A DNA stretch of 64,000 nucleotides, taken from assembly GCA_963422375.2 (NCBI GenBank), contig OY729428.2, positions 2,688,001 to 2,752,000 on the forward strand. Reading direction: 5' to 3'. Position numbers and translations under genes: made by a program. The notes beneath the pieces are model-generated. The model had not been told where the DNA came from. It made no database searches and was given only the letters and a program-made list of their open reading frames with translations. Below, piece by piece: positions 39,899-50,374 of the stretch (positions are counted from its first letter, which is position 1; every line of letters begins with the position of its first letter). Source of the DNA: Bryobacterales bacterium. Lineage in GTDB: Bacteria > Acidobacteriota > Terriglobia > Bryobacterales > UBA6623.

Positions 39899-41110
39899 CT
39901 ACCTGCCTCTGGCGCGCGCCGAGGCAGGCGGCCGTCGCAGCACGATGCGGGCGATCTGCTCCAGCACCGCCCTGAAGTATGCCGAGTGGCGCTCGTTCGA
40001 CCCCTGAGACTCATCGAACGACGAACTGACGGGCAGGTTGTAGTCGAAGGGAAATACGTTGGCGGTCCGGGCGGGCACGAAGCTCCACCCCGAGGCCCCT
40101 TGGATGTACGCCTCGGCGATGGCGTGCTCGCGCTCCAACTCGTCCGTGGTGGCCTGCACACCGTTGCTGTCGCTGACCATCAGCACCGGGCGCCCGTACT
40201 GCTTGAATTGCTTGGAGCGGGCCAGCTTGTCGGCGGTGCTGCGCCCGTCGCCCTGCAACAGGACCACGTCGCAAAGGCGGGCCAGGGACATCGGATAGAG
40301 CATTCCGGACCCGCTCGAGGCCCCGATCGGCAGGCTGAAGTCGGCGTCGTGAAACTGCTCGCGCACCGTCCGGATGAGGAACTCGACGTAGCGCGGGATG
40401 AACAGGCGGTGGTCCCAGCGGCCCTCCGGCTCGTCCCAAGCGTCCGCGACATCGATGATGACGTTGCGAGCGTTACGTTCGATCAAGTGCCGGGCGATGT
40501 TGCTGACCGCCGCCACGATGGCCTCCCGCGAGGCCAGCGCCTCGTCTTGGTCCTGCTGAAACAGGACGAGACACACGATGAGACCGTGGCGGTTCGCGGC
40601 ATCCAACAGCCTGTCGAGCCTCGACATCCAGGCGGGCTTGAGGGACCCGTCCGGGTTGTAGGCGCTGACGAGCGCACCCGAACTCTCGCCCAGGTCCGCG
40701 CTGGCCCCGCGGGCTACGCCGTTCCTTTCCCCCGAGTAGCCCGGATCACCGCCCTGCAGGCTGACGACGATCCCCCCGACGCCATGCTCCTCGTATGTCG
40801 CGAGCTGGTCGATCACCCGGTCCGTGTTCGCATCCGGGTCAAAACGCCGCTCGCGGAGCCACTCGTCTTCAAAGAGCGCCTGCGTGACGCGCACCATCGC
40901 CAAGCTCCCCCGCACCCTGCGACGGTACCGCCCTCCGTCGTAGGTGAGACCCCACGCGGATCCGGCCGAGGTCCTCAGGTAGAACTGGTCCTGCCGGTAC
41001 CGCGGGCCCAGCATGGACCCGCTAGCAATCTCAATGCCGACCGCAGGCAGGGCTGAGACCGCGACCAGCCCGGCCAGCACCGGCAACCCGAATGGCAGAC
41101 GGACTCTCAT
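39899..41110 (-). CDS. Secreted clan-A (GH5-like) TIM-barrel protein lacking the catalytic glutamates
   Basis: Signal peptide; SLQGG, SAYNPDGSLKPAWMSRLDRLLDAANRHGLIV, QDE, RNVIIDVADA, VVLLQGDG, PVLMVSD, SGW. Confidence 0.6.
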   Translation of the reverse strand: MRVRLPFGLPVLAGLVAVSALPAVGIEIASGSMLGPRYRQDQFYLRTSAGSAWGLTYDGGRYRRRVRGSLAMVRVTQALFEDEWLRERRFDPDANTDRVIDQLATYEEHGVGGIVVSLQGGDPGYSGERNGVARGASADLGESSGALVSAYNPDGSLKPAWMSRLDRLLDAANRHGLIVCLVLFQQDQDEALASREAIVAAVSNIARHLIERNARNVIIDVADAWDEPEGRWDHRLFIPRYVEFLIRTVREQFHDADFSLPIGASSGSGMLYPMSLARLCDVVLLQGDGRSTADKLARSKQFKQYGRPVLMVSDSNGVQATTDELEREHAIAEAYIQGASGWSFVPARTANVFPFDYNLPVSSSFDESQGSNERHSAYFRAVLEQIARIVLRRPPASARARGR

Positions 41111-41339
41111 GCAGGACCGGGCGCCGTAGTCTGTGATAGTAGCACGCTGCGAGAACTGTCCCTACCGCTGCCGCACGCACGGCAGGCCGTGCCGACGAGC
41201 GGGAAGAGTGTTCGGGGCGTCGTCGGGTCGCCGCCACCGTCCAAGCCAGCACCCGAAATGGACCAGCCCGGCCGCCGCCCGGGGCGATCAAGCGTCGCGC
41301 GAAACCGACGCTGCGAGCATCTACGTACTAGACTCCGAC

Positions 41340-42480
41340 TCTTGATCAGCCGGGAATCGGATTCGATTTCTCCAAGCTACCGTGGAGCCATTCTCATCAG
41401 AAATGAACAAGGACATCCTCGAATTATCTGGATAGAATACCTTGTAGACAACGGATTTAATTATCCGACATAAGAAAACAGAATATTGGCCCGATAGAGC
41501 GGTATAATCGACTCTACATTGGCAGCCGAGTTCAGTAAAATCAATCAGTCAGTCTTGCCTTCGTCTCCGGGTCATATCCAGCTGAACTCCTGTGACCTAT
41601 CAGTCGTTACGGGTTCGGTCCATCTCGGTTTGTGCTGCGCAACTTGCTACGAATTTCGGGTCGGAGAAATCGCTCTAAGGCGCAACCGACACGTGCCCTT
41701 CGGCTCGCGCGGATTGTCTCGCTCGCGCTTCAAGCGGCGATGCGTCCGGGAATTCGTCCAACGAACCGAGCGGCATCGACACGGATCTCAGCACACGGTC
41801 GGTTCGAGTGTTGTGACGATCGTCGACTTCGCCTCGAATCTCGTGCGACGTTCAGGTCCCTCGGGATCGTCGTCATCCAGCTCGGTGTAGCCGCCGCTGT
41901 GGCCAGGAGCGTGCCTGTCGCCCGATGCCGCCAATGTGTCGGGCACCACCGTCTCCCAGCAGGCCACTTGGATTCGCCGCCCGACTGACGCTGGCACTTG
42001 GAGATACGGCGAAGCGGCGACTCGACGAATCCCGGCCCGGACGGCAGGCGAACTGCGGGACGCTTCTTCCCATGAGCGTGCGCCGCTCGCCTCAAGCGCT
42101 CGCGCCCCCATATCCGATCGCGATCATGGTGCTCCGCGAAGTGCCAGAGAAAGCATCCCGATCCCGCCGACCAAGCGCAAGACCGGTGCTCTCGCCGCCG
42201 AAGTCCGCGGCAGTCACGCCCGATTCCTCAAGGACGGGCCAGCGCAGGTTGGTAGCGAACGGCCGGCGGTCACTGCCCGAATCGACGGCCGGACGTCAGG
42301 CGACCGGATCCGTGCGGGGCACCCGCGCCTGCCGAATGGGCACTTCGGGCATCCGGGACCTACGGCCCCATGCTCTGGTGCTGCTTCGCGCCGAGAGCGA
42401 GGTAGTTGCGCCAGAACTGGCCCGCCCAGCGCATTGGCGCCACGGCCACCGTGCCGCGCGCCGGCCGGGCAACCGCGAGC
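41340..42480. other. Non-coding or decayed region with an AT-rich core (41400-41600); no identifiable product
   Basis: No convincing ORF; composition shift. Confidence 0.4.
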
Positions 42481-42550
42481 GAGGCTCAGTCTCCGAGGTT
42501 TGCTAGACTTCAGTCTCGCCCGCACCGTCTCAAGGACGAGCGTTGAGCAA

Positions 42551-43543
42551 ATGGCAAGACCCGTCACCCTATTCACCGGCCAGTGGGCCGACCTGCCGCT
42601 CACGGTCCTCGCCAAGAAAGCGAAGTCGTGGGGTTACGACGGACTGGAGCTCGCCTGCTGGGGCGATCACATGGACGTGTTCCGCGGCGCCGAGGACTTG
42701 GCCTACTGTGAGGGGCAGAAGCAGATCCTCGCCGACAACGGGCTGCAGCTGTTCGCGATCTCGAACCACCTCGCAGGTCAGCTGGTCTGCGACCCGAACG
42801 ACGACTCCCGCTCGGATCTGTTCGCACCGCCGGAAGCGGCGGGCGATCCCGACAAGAAGCGCGCCTGGGCGGTCGAGGCGATGAAGAACTCGGCTCGCAC
42901 GGCGAGCAACCTAGGCCTGAAGGTAGTGAACGGGTTCACTGGGTCGCCGATCTGGCACATGCTCTACAGCTTCCCGCCGGTCTCCGACAAGATGCTCGAC
43001 GACGGCTACGCATATTTCGCGGAGATGTTCCACCCCATCCTCGACGCGTTTGACGAAGTGGGAGTTCGCTTCGGCCTCGAGGTGCATCCGACCGAGATCG
43101 CCTTCGACATCTACACGGCGCATCGTACGCTGGAGGCCGTAGGCCACCGCGAGGCATTCGGCTTCAACTTCGACCCGAGCCACCTCCACTGGCAGCAGGT
43201 CGACCCGGTCATGTTCATCCGCGAGTTCAAGGACCGCATCTACCACGTCCACATGAAGGACGCCGCCCTGCAGCTCGACGGCAAGTCCGGCATCCTCGCC
43301 TCCCACCTCAACTTCGGCCACCAAGCTCGCGGGTGGGACTTCCGCTCGCTCGGGCGGGGAGGCGTCGACTTCGAGGAGATCATCCGGGCGCTGAACCACG
43401 TCGGGTACCGAGGTCCGCTCTCGATCGAGTGGGAGGACAGCGGCATGGAGCGCGAAGCCGGAGCTGCGGAAGCGTGCGAGTTCACCAAGCAGGTTGACTT
43501 CGAGCCTTCGTCCGTAGCATTCGACGCCGCGTTCGAGGAGTAG
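42551..43543 (+). CDS. Sugar phosphate isomerase/epimerase (AP_endonuc_2, IolE-like TIM barrel)
   Basis: TLFTGQWADLP, GLELACWGDH, LEVHPTEIA, NFDPSH, HVHMKD, SIEWED; TGCTAGACT box at 42501-42509. Confidence 0.88.
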   Translation: MARPVTLFTGQWADLPLTVLAKKAKSWGYDGLELACWGDHMDVFRGAEDLAYCEGQKQILADNGLQLFAISNHLAGQLVCDPNDDSRSDLFAPPEAAGDPDKKRAWAVEAMKNSARTASNLGLKVVNGFTGSPIWHMLYSFPPVSDKMLDDGYAYFAEMFHPILDAFDEVGVRFGLEVHPTEIAFDIYTAHRTLEAVGHREAFGFNFDPSHLHWQQVDPVMFIREFKDRIYHVHMKDAALQLDGKSGILASHLNFGHQARGWDFRSLGRGGVDFEEIIRALNHVGYRGPLSIEWEDSGMEREAGAAEACEFTKQVDFEPSSVAFDAAFEE

Positions 43544-43555
43544 CGCGAGGGCGCG

Positions 43556-45055
43556 ATGACCGCCCTGCTGGCCTGCGCACTCGCCCTGCTGGCAGTTGCC
43601 CTGTACGACATCGTTCAGAAGAAGCACGCAGTCGTACGAAACTTTCCGATCATCGGGCACTTTCGGTACCTGCTCGAGGCCGTAGGACCCGAGCTGCGGC
43701 AGTACATCGTCACCAACAATGACGAGGAGCGTCCGTTCAGCCGGGACGAGCGCCGCTGGGTGTACAGCACCTCCAAGCGACAGAACTCCTACTTCGGGTT
43801 CGGCACGGACAACGACCTCGACCAAGCGACCAACTACGTCCTCATCAAGCACGCCAGTTTCCCGGCCAACACCCCGCCCGGCGGGGACGCGCCTGACTTC
43901 CCGCTGCCATGCTCGAAGACTCTGGGCGGGTTTCGCAGCCGCGCCAAGCGATTCGTCGCAGCGTCGATCGTCAATATCAGCGGCATGAGCTTCGGCTCGC
44001 TGAGTCGGAACGCCGTCGAGGCGATGAACCGCGGCGCTAGGCTGGCGAACTGCCTGCACAACACCGGCGAGGGCGGGATCGCCGACTGCCACCTCCACGG
44101 CGGGGATCTGGTCTGGCAGATCGGCACGGGCTATTTCGGCTGCCGCGACGAGAGCGGCCGATTCGACCTGCGGCGATTCAAGGACAAGGTTGCCGAATGC
44201 CCGGTTCGCGCCGTGGAGATCAAGCTCAGCCAAGGCGCGAAGCCGGGGCTCGGCGGAGTGCTTCCGGCGGCCAAGATCACGCCGGAGATCGCCAGATTCC
44301 GCGGCATCCCCTTGGGGCGCGACTGCGTGAGTCCTAACCGGCATTCGGCGTTCAGCGACGTCGACAGCCTGCTCGACTTCGTCGAGCTGCTCGCGTCCGA
44401 GACCGGACTACCGATCGGAATCAAGTCCGCCGTGGGCGAGATCGATTTCTGGCGCGACCTAGCACGCCTGACGCGCGAAACGGGGCGCTCGGTGGACTTC
44501 GTCACGATCGACGGTGGCGAGGGCGGAACAGGGGCCGCCCCGCTCACCTTCTCGGATCACGTCGCACTCCCGTTCCGCATCGGCTTCCCGCGCGTCTACA
44601 GGGAGTTCGCTCTCCAAGAGTTGCACCACTGCGTCGTCTTTGTCGGCTCGGGCAGGCTGGGGCTGCCGGCCAACGCGCTGCTCGCGATCGGGATGGGTTG
44701 CGACATGATCAATGTCGGGAGGGAGGCGATGATGGCGGTGGGCTGCATCCAGGCCCAGCGCTGCCACACCGGCCATTGCCCGACCGGCGTAGCCACGCAG
44801 AACCCGTGGCTCGTGCGCGGCCTCGACCCGTCCCTCAAGGCGGTCCGGACGGCCAACTACATCGTCGCCATGCGCCAAGAACTGACACTGCTGAGCCGGG
44901 CCTGCGGCGTCGCGGGCCCGAACATGGTCTCCCCGGAGCACATCGAACTGGTCTCGAACGGCTCCGTCTCGAGGCCCATGCGCGAGTCTCTCGGCTACAT
45001 CGGCGACTGGGGGACTCATCCCGAGAGAGCGGACAGCGGTGGATCCCGTGGATGA
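43556..45055 (+). CDS. FMN-binding glutamate synthase family protein
   Basis: NISGMSFGSLS, NTGEGG, EIKLSQGAKPG, DGGEGGTGAAP, GCIQAQRCHTGHCPTGVATQ. Confidence 0.9.
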   Translation: MTALLACALALLAVALYDIVQKKHAVVRNFPIIGHFRYLLEAVGPELRQYIVTNNDEERPFSRDERRWVYSTSKRQNSYFGFGTDNDLDQATNYVLIKHASFPANTPPGGDAPDFPLPCSKTLGGFRSRAKRFVAASIVNISGMSFGSLSRNAVEAMNRGARLANCLHNTGEGGIADCHLHGGDLVWQIGTGYFGCRDESGRFDLRRFKDKVAECPVRAVEIKLSQGAKPGLGGVLPAAKITPEIARFRGIPLGRDCVSPNRHSAFSDVDSLLDFVELLASETGLPIGIKSAVGEIDFWRDLARLTRETGRSVDFVTIDGGEGGTGAAPLTFSDHVALPFRIGFPRVYREFALQELHHCVVFVGSGRLGLPANALLAIGMGCDMINVGREAMMAVGCIQAQRCHTGHCPTGVATQNPWLVRGLDPSLKAVRTANYIVAMRQELTLLSRACGVAGPNMVSPEHIELVSNGSVSRPMRESLGYIGDWGTHPERADSGGSRG

Positions 45056-45299
45056 CGGCAAGGCCGGCGGACCGGATTCGCGGCCGGCCAGACGCGAGGC
45101 GGTCAGCGCGGCGGTGCTGTGGGGCCTGGCCCTCATCGCCACAGTGGGACTCTCGACATGGCTGGGCGCGGCCAGCGCCGAGTCCTTCTTCGGCGTGCCG
45201 CGATGGGCGGCAGTCGGCGTGTTCGGGCCTTGGATCGTGTTCTTCCTGCTGCACCTGCGACTTTTCCGACCGCGCAAGGCGGACGGGACCAGCGGCTGA
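45039..45299 (+). CDS. Small membrane protein, DUF997/YhdT-like
   Basis: ARREA, two TMs, FGVPRW; directly upstream of the SSS symporter. Confidence 0.65.
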   Translation: MDPVDDGKAGGPDSRPARREAVSAAVLWGLALIATVGLSTWLGAASAESFFGVPRWAAVGVFGPWIVFFLLHLRLFRPRKADGTSG

Positions 45300-45304
45300 G
45301 GCGC

Positions 45305-46780
45305 ATGTACGAGACAGCCTCTTCCGTACGCGTCGCGTTCGCGACCTACATCGCCCTCACGTTCGTGCTGGCGTACCTCGCCAGGCGGCAGGCAGTGCGA
45401 GGCGGCTTCCTGCGGGAGTTCTTCGTCGGGGGACGCACCATCGGCCCGTGGGTGCTGGGCCTCACTTGGATCGCTACTTCCGCGAGCGGTGGGACGTTCA
45501 TTGGGACGCCGGCCCTAGCACACGCGAACGGGTGGTCGGTCATGCTCTGGATTTCCGGCTACATCGTCGTGGCGACGACCGGATTCGGGCTCCTCGGCCG
45601 ACGCATCACGGAACTGGGGGACAGAACCGGGGCGCTGACGTTCCCCGACCTGCTGCGCGACCGATTCGAGAGCAGGACGATCGGCGCAATCTCCGGTGTC
45701 GCGATGCTCGTGCTCCACACGAGCTTCATCGTGGCGCAGTACATAGCGGGCGCGCGCGTGCTGGAAGCGGTGATGGGAGTTCCTTACGCATGGGGAGTGT
45801 GGTCCTTCGCCTTGGTGGTGGGCCTGTACACGGCTTACGGTGGCTTCCGGGCCGTCGCTTGGACGGACAGCTTCCAAGCGGTGGTGATGCTGGTCGGCGT
45901 GCTGCTAACCGCGGGATTCGGACTGTACAAGTTAGGCGGGCTGCAGGCCGTCTACGACGGCCTCGCCGCGCAATCGTCCGACCTGCTGACGCCCGTCGGC
46001 CCGGATGGGTTCCTGCCTCTGCCTGCCGCCATCTCCTTCTTCTTCGTCTGGCCGCTGGCCACGGCGGGCGGCCCCTCGCTGATCACGCGATTCCTCGCGT
46101 GCCGGGACGCCGGGTCCCTGCGCCGGGCCGCGGTCCTGATCGGCTTCTACATCCTGCTGCTATACCCGGCCGTGATTCTCGTGGGAATGCTCGGACGCGT
46201 GCTCGTCCCCGACCTTGCCGCGGGTGACCACGCGATGCCGGCAACGATCTTGGCGGCCGTGCCTGACGCGCTGGCGGGGCTCGTGCTTGCCGCGCCGATG
46301 GCAGCGATCATGTCTACTATCAGCTCGTTCCTACTGGTCGCCTCCGGCGCGATCGCGCGCGACCTCTACCAGCGCAACGCCCGCAGGCCGGTTGGGGAGA
46401 GCCGGGCCCGCGCGGCCACGCACCTCTCGATCCTTGCAGTCGGCATCGTGGCGGGAGTCTTCGCGATGCGACCTCCGGACTACCTGCAGTACATCGTGAT
46501 CTTCTCCGGAACCGGCCTAGCGGCAACGTTTCTCTTCCCTACCCTGCTGGCGGTTTACTGGACAGGCATGAACAAGGCGGGCTGCATCGCTGGCATCATC
46601 GCGGGCTTCGCATCCTTTCTCGCGCAGTACGCCTCGTCGGGGACGCGGAGCTTCCTCGATCTCGATCCGTTCGTGTGGTCGCTGGCCCTGAGCGCATTCT
46701 GCTGCATGCTCGGGTCGAAAGCAGGAACCCCCGAGCCGCGGCGGGTCTTGACACGCTACTTCGCCGACGAAGAACTGTAG
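45305..46780 (+). CDS. Sodium:solute symporter (PanF-like)
   Basis: FFVGGR, SGGTFIGTP, YTAYGGFRAVAWTD, AAIMSTISS; about 13 TMs. Confidence 0.85.
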   Translation: MYETASSVRVAFATYIALTFVLAYLARRQAVRGGFLREFFVGGRTIGPWVLGLTWIATSASGGTFIGTPALAHANGWSVMLWISGYIVVATTGFGLLGRRITELGDRTGALTFPDLLRDRFESRTIGAISGVAMLVLHTSFIVAQYIAGARVLEAVMGVPYAWGVWSFALVVGLYTAYGGFRAVAWTDSFQAVVMLVGVLLTAGFGLYKLGGLQAVYDGLAAQSSDLLTPVGPDGFLPLPAAISFFFVWPLATAGGPSLITRFLACRDAGSLRRAAVLIGFYILLLYPAVILVGMLGRVLVPDLAAGDHAMPATILAAVPDALAGLVLAAPMAAIMSTISSFLLVASGAIARDLYQRNARRPVGESRARAATHLSILAVGIVAGVFAMRPPDYLQYIVIFSGTGLAATFLFPTLLAVYWTGMNKAGCIAGIIAGFASFLAQYASSGTRSFLDLDPFVWSLALSAFCCMLGSKAGTPEPRRVLTRYFADEEL

Positions 46781-47324
46781 TAGCACCCGGGCCAACGATG
46801 CCGCCATCGTGCTGATTGACAAGCCGCGGGACCGAGCACCGAGCGTCACGGCGTCCGGAACCTACTGGCACACCTTCCGGGCGATGCAAGGCAGCCTAGA
46901 GCGGTCTGCAAATCCTCGCCGTCAATGCCGAACGGCGGTCGCGGAGCTTGGTCGACCAGGATCATCCGTCAGTTCCCGTAGCACCGTTCCTTCACCCAGC
47001 GGGCCAGCCCACAGCACGGCGCAACGGTCAACCAGAACACTGCTACGAAAACCTGCTCCAGCCTTCCCCTGGCAGTCGAAGCCCAGGGCGCGGACAACAG
47101 TGCGGTTGGCCGCCGGCTAGAATTAGTCCGGCGCATGACGATCAAGCGTGCGCGAGCTCTCCAGCCGCTAGGTCAGATCAACTCTGCGAGCAGATGCGTC
47201 CGCCGGGCACGAGCCTGCCGGACACCCGAGAGTCACGGTCTTGGTTGCGTAGCGGCCATCCTCGAACTGGCACTTCGGGGCGCGCGACCGAGACAACGAG
47301 GACCAGCGCTAACAGCGATATACC

Positions 47325-47600
47325 TCAGGACACGCTAAGCCCCGGCACATCCCTGCACGGGTACACCTTGCTCCGACTGATCGGGCAGGGCGGTTTCGGG
47401 ATCGTGCGCGTCACGACAGGCTGGGAGATACCGTGGAGATCAAGGAGTATATGCCAACGGAGCCGGCGCTGGGAGACCATTCTGCAATGTGCCCGCGAGG
47501 CCTGGCTTGGACGGAGTCATACGAGGATGGAGTGCGCCGCTTCCATGACGAGGTCCGTGTCCTGGTCAAGCTCCGGAACCTGGCGAGCGTTGTGGAGCCG
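47325..47600 (+). pseudogene. N-terminal fragment of a Ser/Thr protein kinase, frameshifted
   Basis: LSPGTSLHGYTLLRLIGQGGFGIV, then in another frame VEIKEYMP..YEDGVRRFHDEVRVLVKL; no HRD or DFG. Confidence 0.7.
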
Positions 47601-47705
47601 CCCAATGCACAAGTCGAATTCTTAGGAAGGAGCGAACGATTCATTCAGAATATGAATTGGGAAGTCGGAATCTACAACCTAGATGTCCTTGCTTCAGGAC
47701 TTGAC

Positions 47706-49279
47706 GAGCGATTCCAAATAGGGGCATTCCGGGATTTCCAGAGTGTCTGAGGAGGGTGTCGAAGGCGGTCTGGCGCAGGCAGGCACCTGACTTTTCCTCG
47801 CGGATATTGTGAGTTGGGATGTATGCCCCATGTCTTGGACTCTCTCCTGGGCGCCTACCGCTAGACGGCCGCCGGCCTGCCTGACCGTCGCACCGGTCGC
47901 AACACGCGCTACGGGGTCAGCGCCGCCGCCGGTTGCGCCCTGGTGCGCCCCGGCCTGCTTCTGCACCCGATGCGAGTCATTCCTCAAGTTCCAGCGGAGC
48001 ATGGAGCGGGACGGCGCCCGCTCCGAGTGCCGAACCCTGTTCGTCGTGGGCCGCATCCCCTGCGACAGCCCGATCCGCAACTTGCTCGACGGCCTCGACC
48101 CGGCCGCGTTCGACCCGCTGTTCCGGCTGCGCCTGCAAACCGCGGCCGCGCAGGGCGCGCTCGAGCCCTTCCAGCGCCTCGACGAGCGCCTGCCGGTGGC
48201 TTTGGACGGCGTCCGGTTCCACCGCTCCGACACGGTGCATTGCCCGCAGGGCTCGGTGCGGCGCGTCGGCAGCGAGCGCCGTCCGCAGTGCTTCCACGCC
48301 CTGGTCACGGCCATCGCGGTCGCCGACGGCCATGGCACCGTCCCGCCGCTGATGCCCGAGTTCGCGTGCCCGCGGCAGGACGCGGCCGCGACCCGCGCCG
48401 ACATGAGCGAGGACGAGCGCAAGCGGGACTGCGAGCGCAACGCCGCCAAGCGCTGGATCGCCGCGCACGGCGCCCGGCTGCAGGCCCGCCGTCCCGTCCT
48501 GCCGGGCGAGGACCTGTACTGCTGCCAGCCAGTCTGCGAGGCCTCCGGCATGGACTGCATCCCGCTAAGCAAGCCCGGATCCCGCAAGCGCTTGTACGAG
48601 GTGCCGGAGAGCCGGCGGGCGAGCGGCGCTGTGCGATCAACCGGCTGACTGCCGCGGCCCCGGGCAGGGCAAGCGGTCCGAGCGGCACCGCTTCCGCCGG
48701 TAAGGCGCGGTGCTCCTGCGCCGTGGCCGCGACCGCATGCAGGGCACCTGGATCGAGTACGCCGTGAAGCGCGGCGGCATCCGCACCTGCGCCAACTGCT
48801 TCTTCACCTGTCTCGCGGTCACCGCGGACAACGCGGAGCGGATCGCGCGAGCCGGCCGGGCCCGCCGGAAGATCGAGAACGAGGGGCTCAGCTGCCTGGC
48901 GCGAAACGGCCGCAACTTCAAGCGCAACTTCGGGCACGGCAAGGCCGTGCCGGCCGAAGTGCCGGCCGTGCCGAATCTGTTCGCCTTCGCGCTCCATGCC
49001 GTGCTGCGGTGCGCCTGCGCGCTGTGGCAGCAGTGCCGGCGCCAGCTGGTCACGCGCCGCGGCTGGTTCCGGGAGCTGCAGGCCGCGCTGCGCTGGTGCC
49101 CCTTCCCGGACCGGCCGACTCTGCTGGCGGCGGTGCGAGACGGACGCGCCGCCGGGCTGCCAGCCATCCGACGCTCCCGCGGGGCGGCCTCGCTAGCGCG
49201 ACCTCCCGGTCAAGTGGTTCGCCTAGTCCGCCTATGCAACGTTCCCGCACCACCTTGACGGCCAGATTTGGAACCGCTG
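47706..49279 (+). mobile_element. Decayed IS element (ISNCY-like DDE transposase) with 14-bp imperfect terminal inverted repeats
   Basis: Left end GAGCGATTCCAAAT (47706-47719) vs right end ATTTGGAACCGCTG (49266-49279), 12/14 match. Transposase motifs IPCD.PIRNLLD, VALDG, KRDCERNAAKRW, EDLYCCQPVC, GRARRKIENEG, NFGHG spread over at least two frames. Confidence 0.85.
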
Positions 49280-49489
49280 CGGCGCAACACGGGCGCGTCC
49301 CTACCGAACCGACCGCCCGCGCCCGGCTGAGCCTGCCGACCAGCGTCTCGCTCGCCGCCCGGAGCACCCGCGTCAGCCGAGCCGTGCCGCCTCGCGGCCC
49401 GTCATGCTCCGGCCCGCCGCTCCGGGGGAGCCTCCCCGCACTAATCCGCTATACTGTGTCGGCACCGAAGCGACCGGTCGCCAGGCCGC

Positions 49490-50374
49490 ATGCCGGGCAA
49501 GCAGATCGACCAATTCCCGCCGCTCGCCCCGGCCCGCGACCGCCGCGCGCCGACGGACCCGCCCCCTCCGCGGTGGCGCGCCCCGCAGCCTGCGGCAGCC
49601 GAGGCGCAGTACCCTAGCTCGGACGGTCGGCCGATGGCGGACAACACCTTCCAGGAAAGGGCGATCCGCGATGCAGCGGCCATGCTGGCCCATTACTTCG
49701 AGCGGCGCGAGGACGTGCTGGTGGCCAACAACCTGCTGGTGTACTACGTCGAGAATCGTCCCAAGCGCAGGGTCGTCCCGGACGTGATGGTGTCGCTGGG
49801 CGTTCCGGGAGACAATCGCATGTCCTATTTCGTGTGGGAGGAGGGCAAGCCCCCGGACTTCGTGCTGGAAGTCGCCTCTCCCGGCACCGTCGACGCGGAC
49901 CTGCACGAGAAGCCGCCGCTGTACGCGCGGCTGGGGGTGCGCGAATACTTCCGGTACGACCCGATGGGCGGCCTGCTGCCGGCGCGCCTGGCGGGCGACC
50001 GCCTGAAGGGCGGCCGCTACGAGCCGCTGCCGGCCGAACGCCTGCCCGGCGCGGAACTGTCCGTCCGCAGCGCCGTGCTGGGCTTGGACCTGCGCTACGA
50101 CGGCATCGCGCAGCGCCTGCGCATCTGGGATCCGGTCAGGGGGGAATACCTGCGGACGCTGAGCGAGGAGGCGCGGGCGCGGGTCGAGGAGACGCGGCAG
50201 CGCCAGAAGGCCGAGCGCCGGGTGGACCAGGAGGCGCGCGCGCGCCAAGAAGCCGAGCGCCAGCGGGACCAAGAGGCGCGGCAGAGGGTCGAGGAGGCGC
50301 GGGCGCGGCAAGAGGCCGAGCGCCGGTGGAGGGAGGCGGAGCGGCAGCTAGAGGCGCTGCGACGCTCTAATTAG
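49490..50374 (+). CDS. Uma2/DUF820 family PD-(D/E)xK endonuclease-like protein with repetitive coiled-coil tail
   Basis: YPSSDGRPMADN, VPDVMV, PDFVLEVASP, YARLGVREYFRYDP; tail EARARQEAER repeats. Confidence 0.9.
   Translation: MPGKQIDQFPPLAPARDRRAPTDPPPPRWRAPQPAAAEAQYPSSDGRPMADNTFQERAIRDAAAMLAHYFERREDVLVANNLLVYYVENRPKRRVVPDVMVSLGVPGDNRMSYFVWEEGKPPDFVLEVASPGTVDADLHEKPPLYARLGVREYFRYDPMGGLLPARLAGDRLKGGRYEPLPAERLPGAELSVRSAVLGLDLRYDGIAQRLRIWDPVRGEYLRTLSEEARARVEETRQRQKAERRVDQEARARQEAERQRDQEARQRVEEARARQEAERRWREAERQLEALRRSN

Noticed and set aside
41560..41900. Minus-strand fragments faintly resembling a catalase-peroxidase C-terminus
   Set aside because: Only a few scattered residues match; not supportable without a search.
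41936..42550. Long N-terminal extensions in the ORF track (also 17888, 58392, 60566, 26627, 40161, 4081)
   Set aside because: Low-complexity Arg/Pro/Ala sequence that often overlaps other genes; homology and signal peptides begin at the downstream starts used here.
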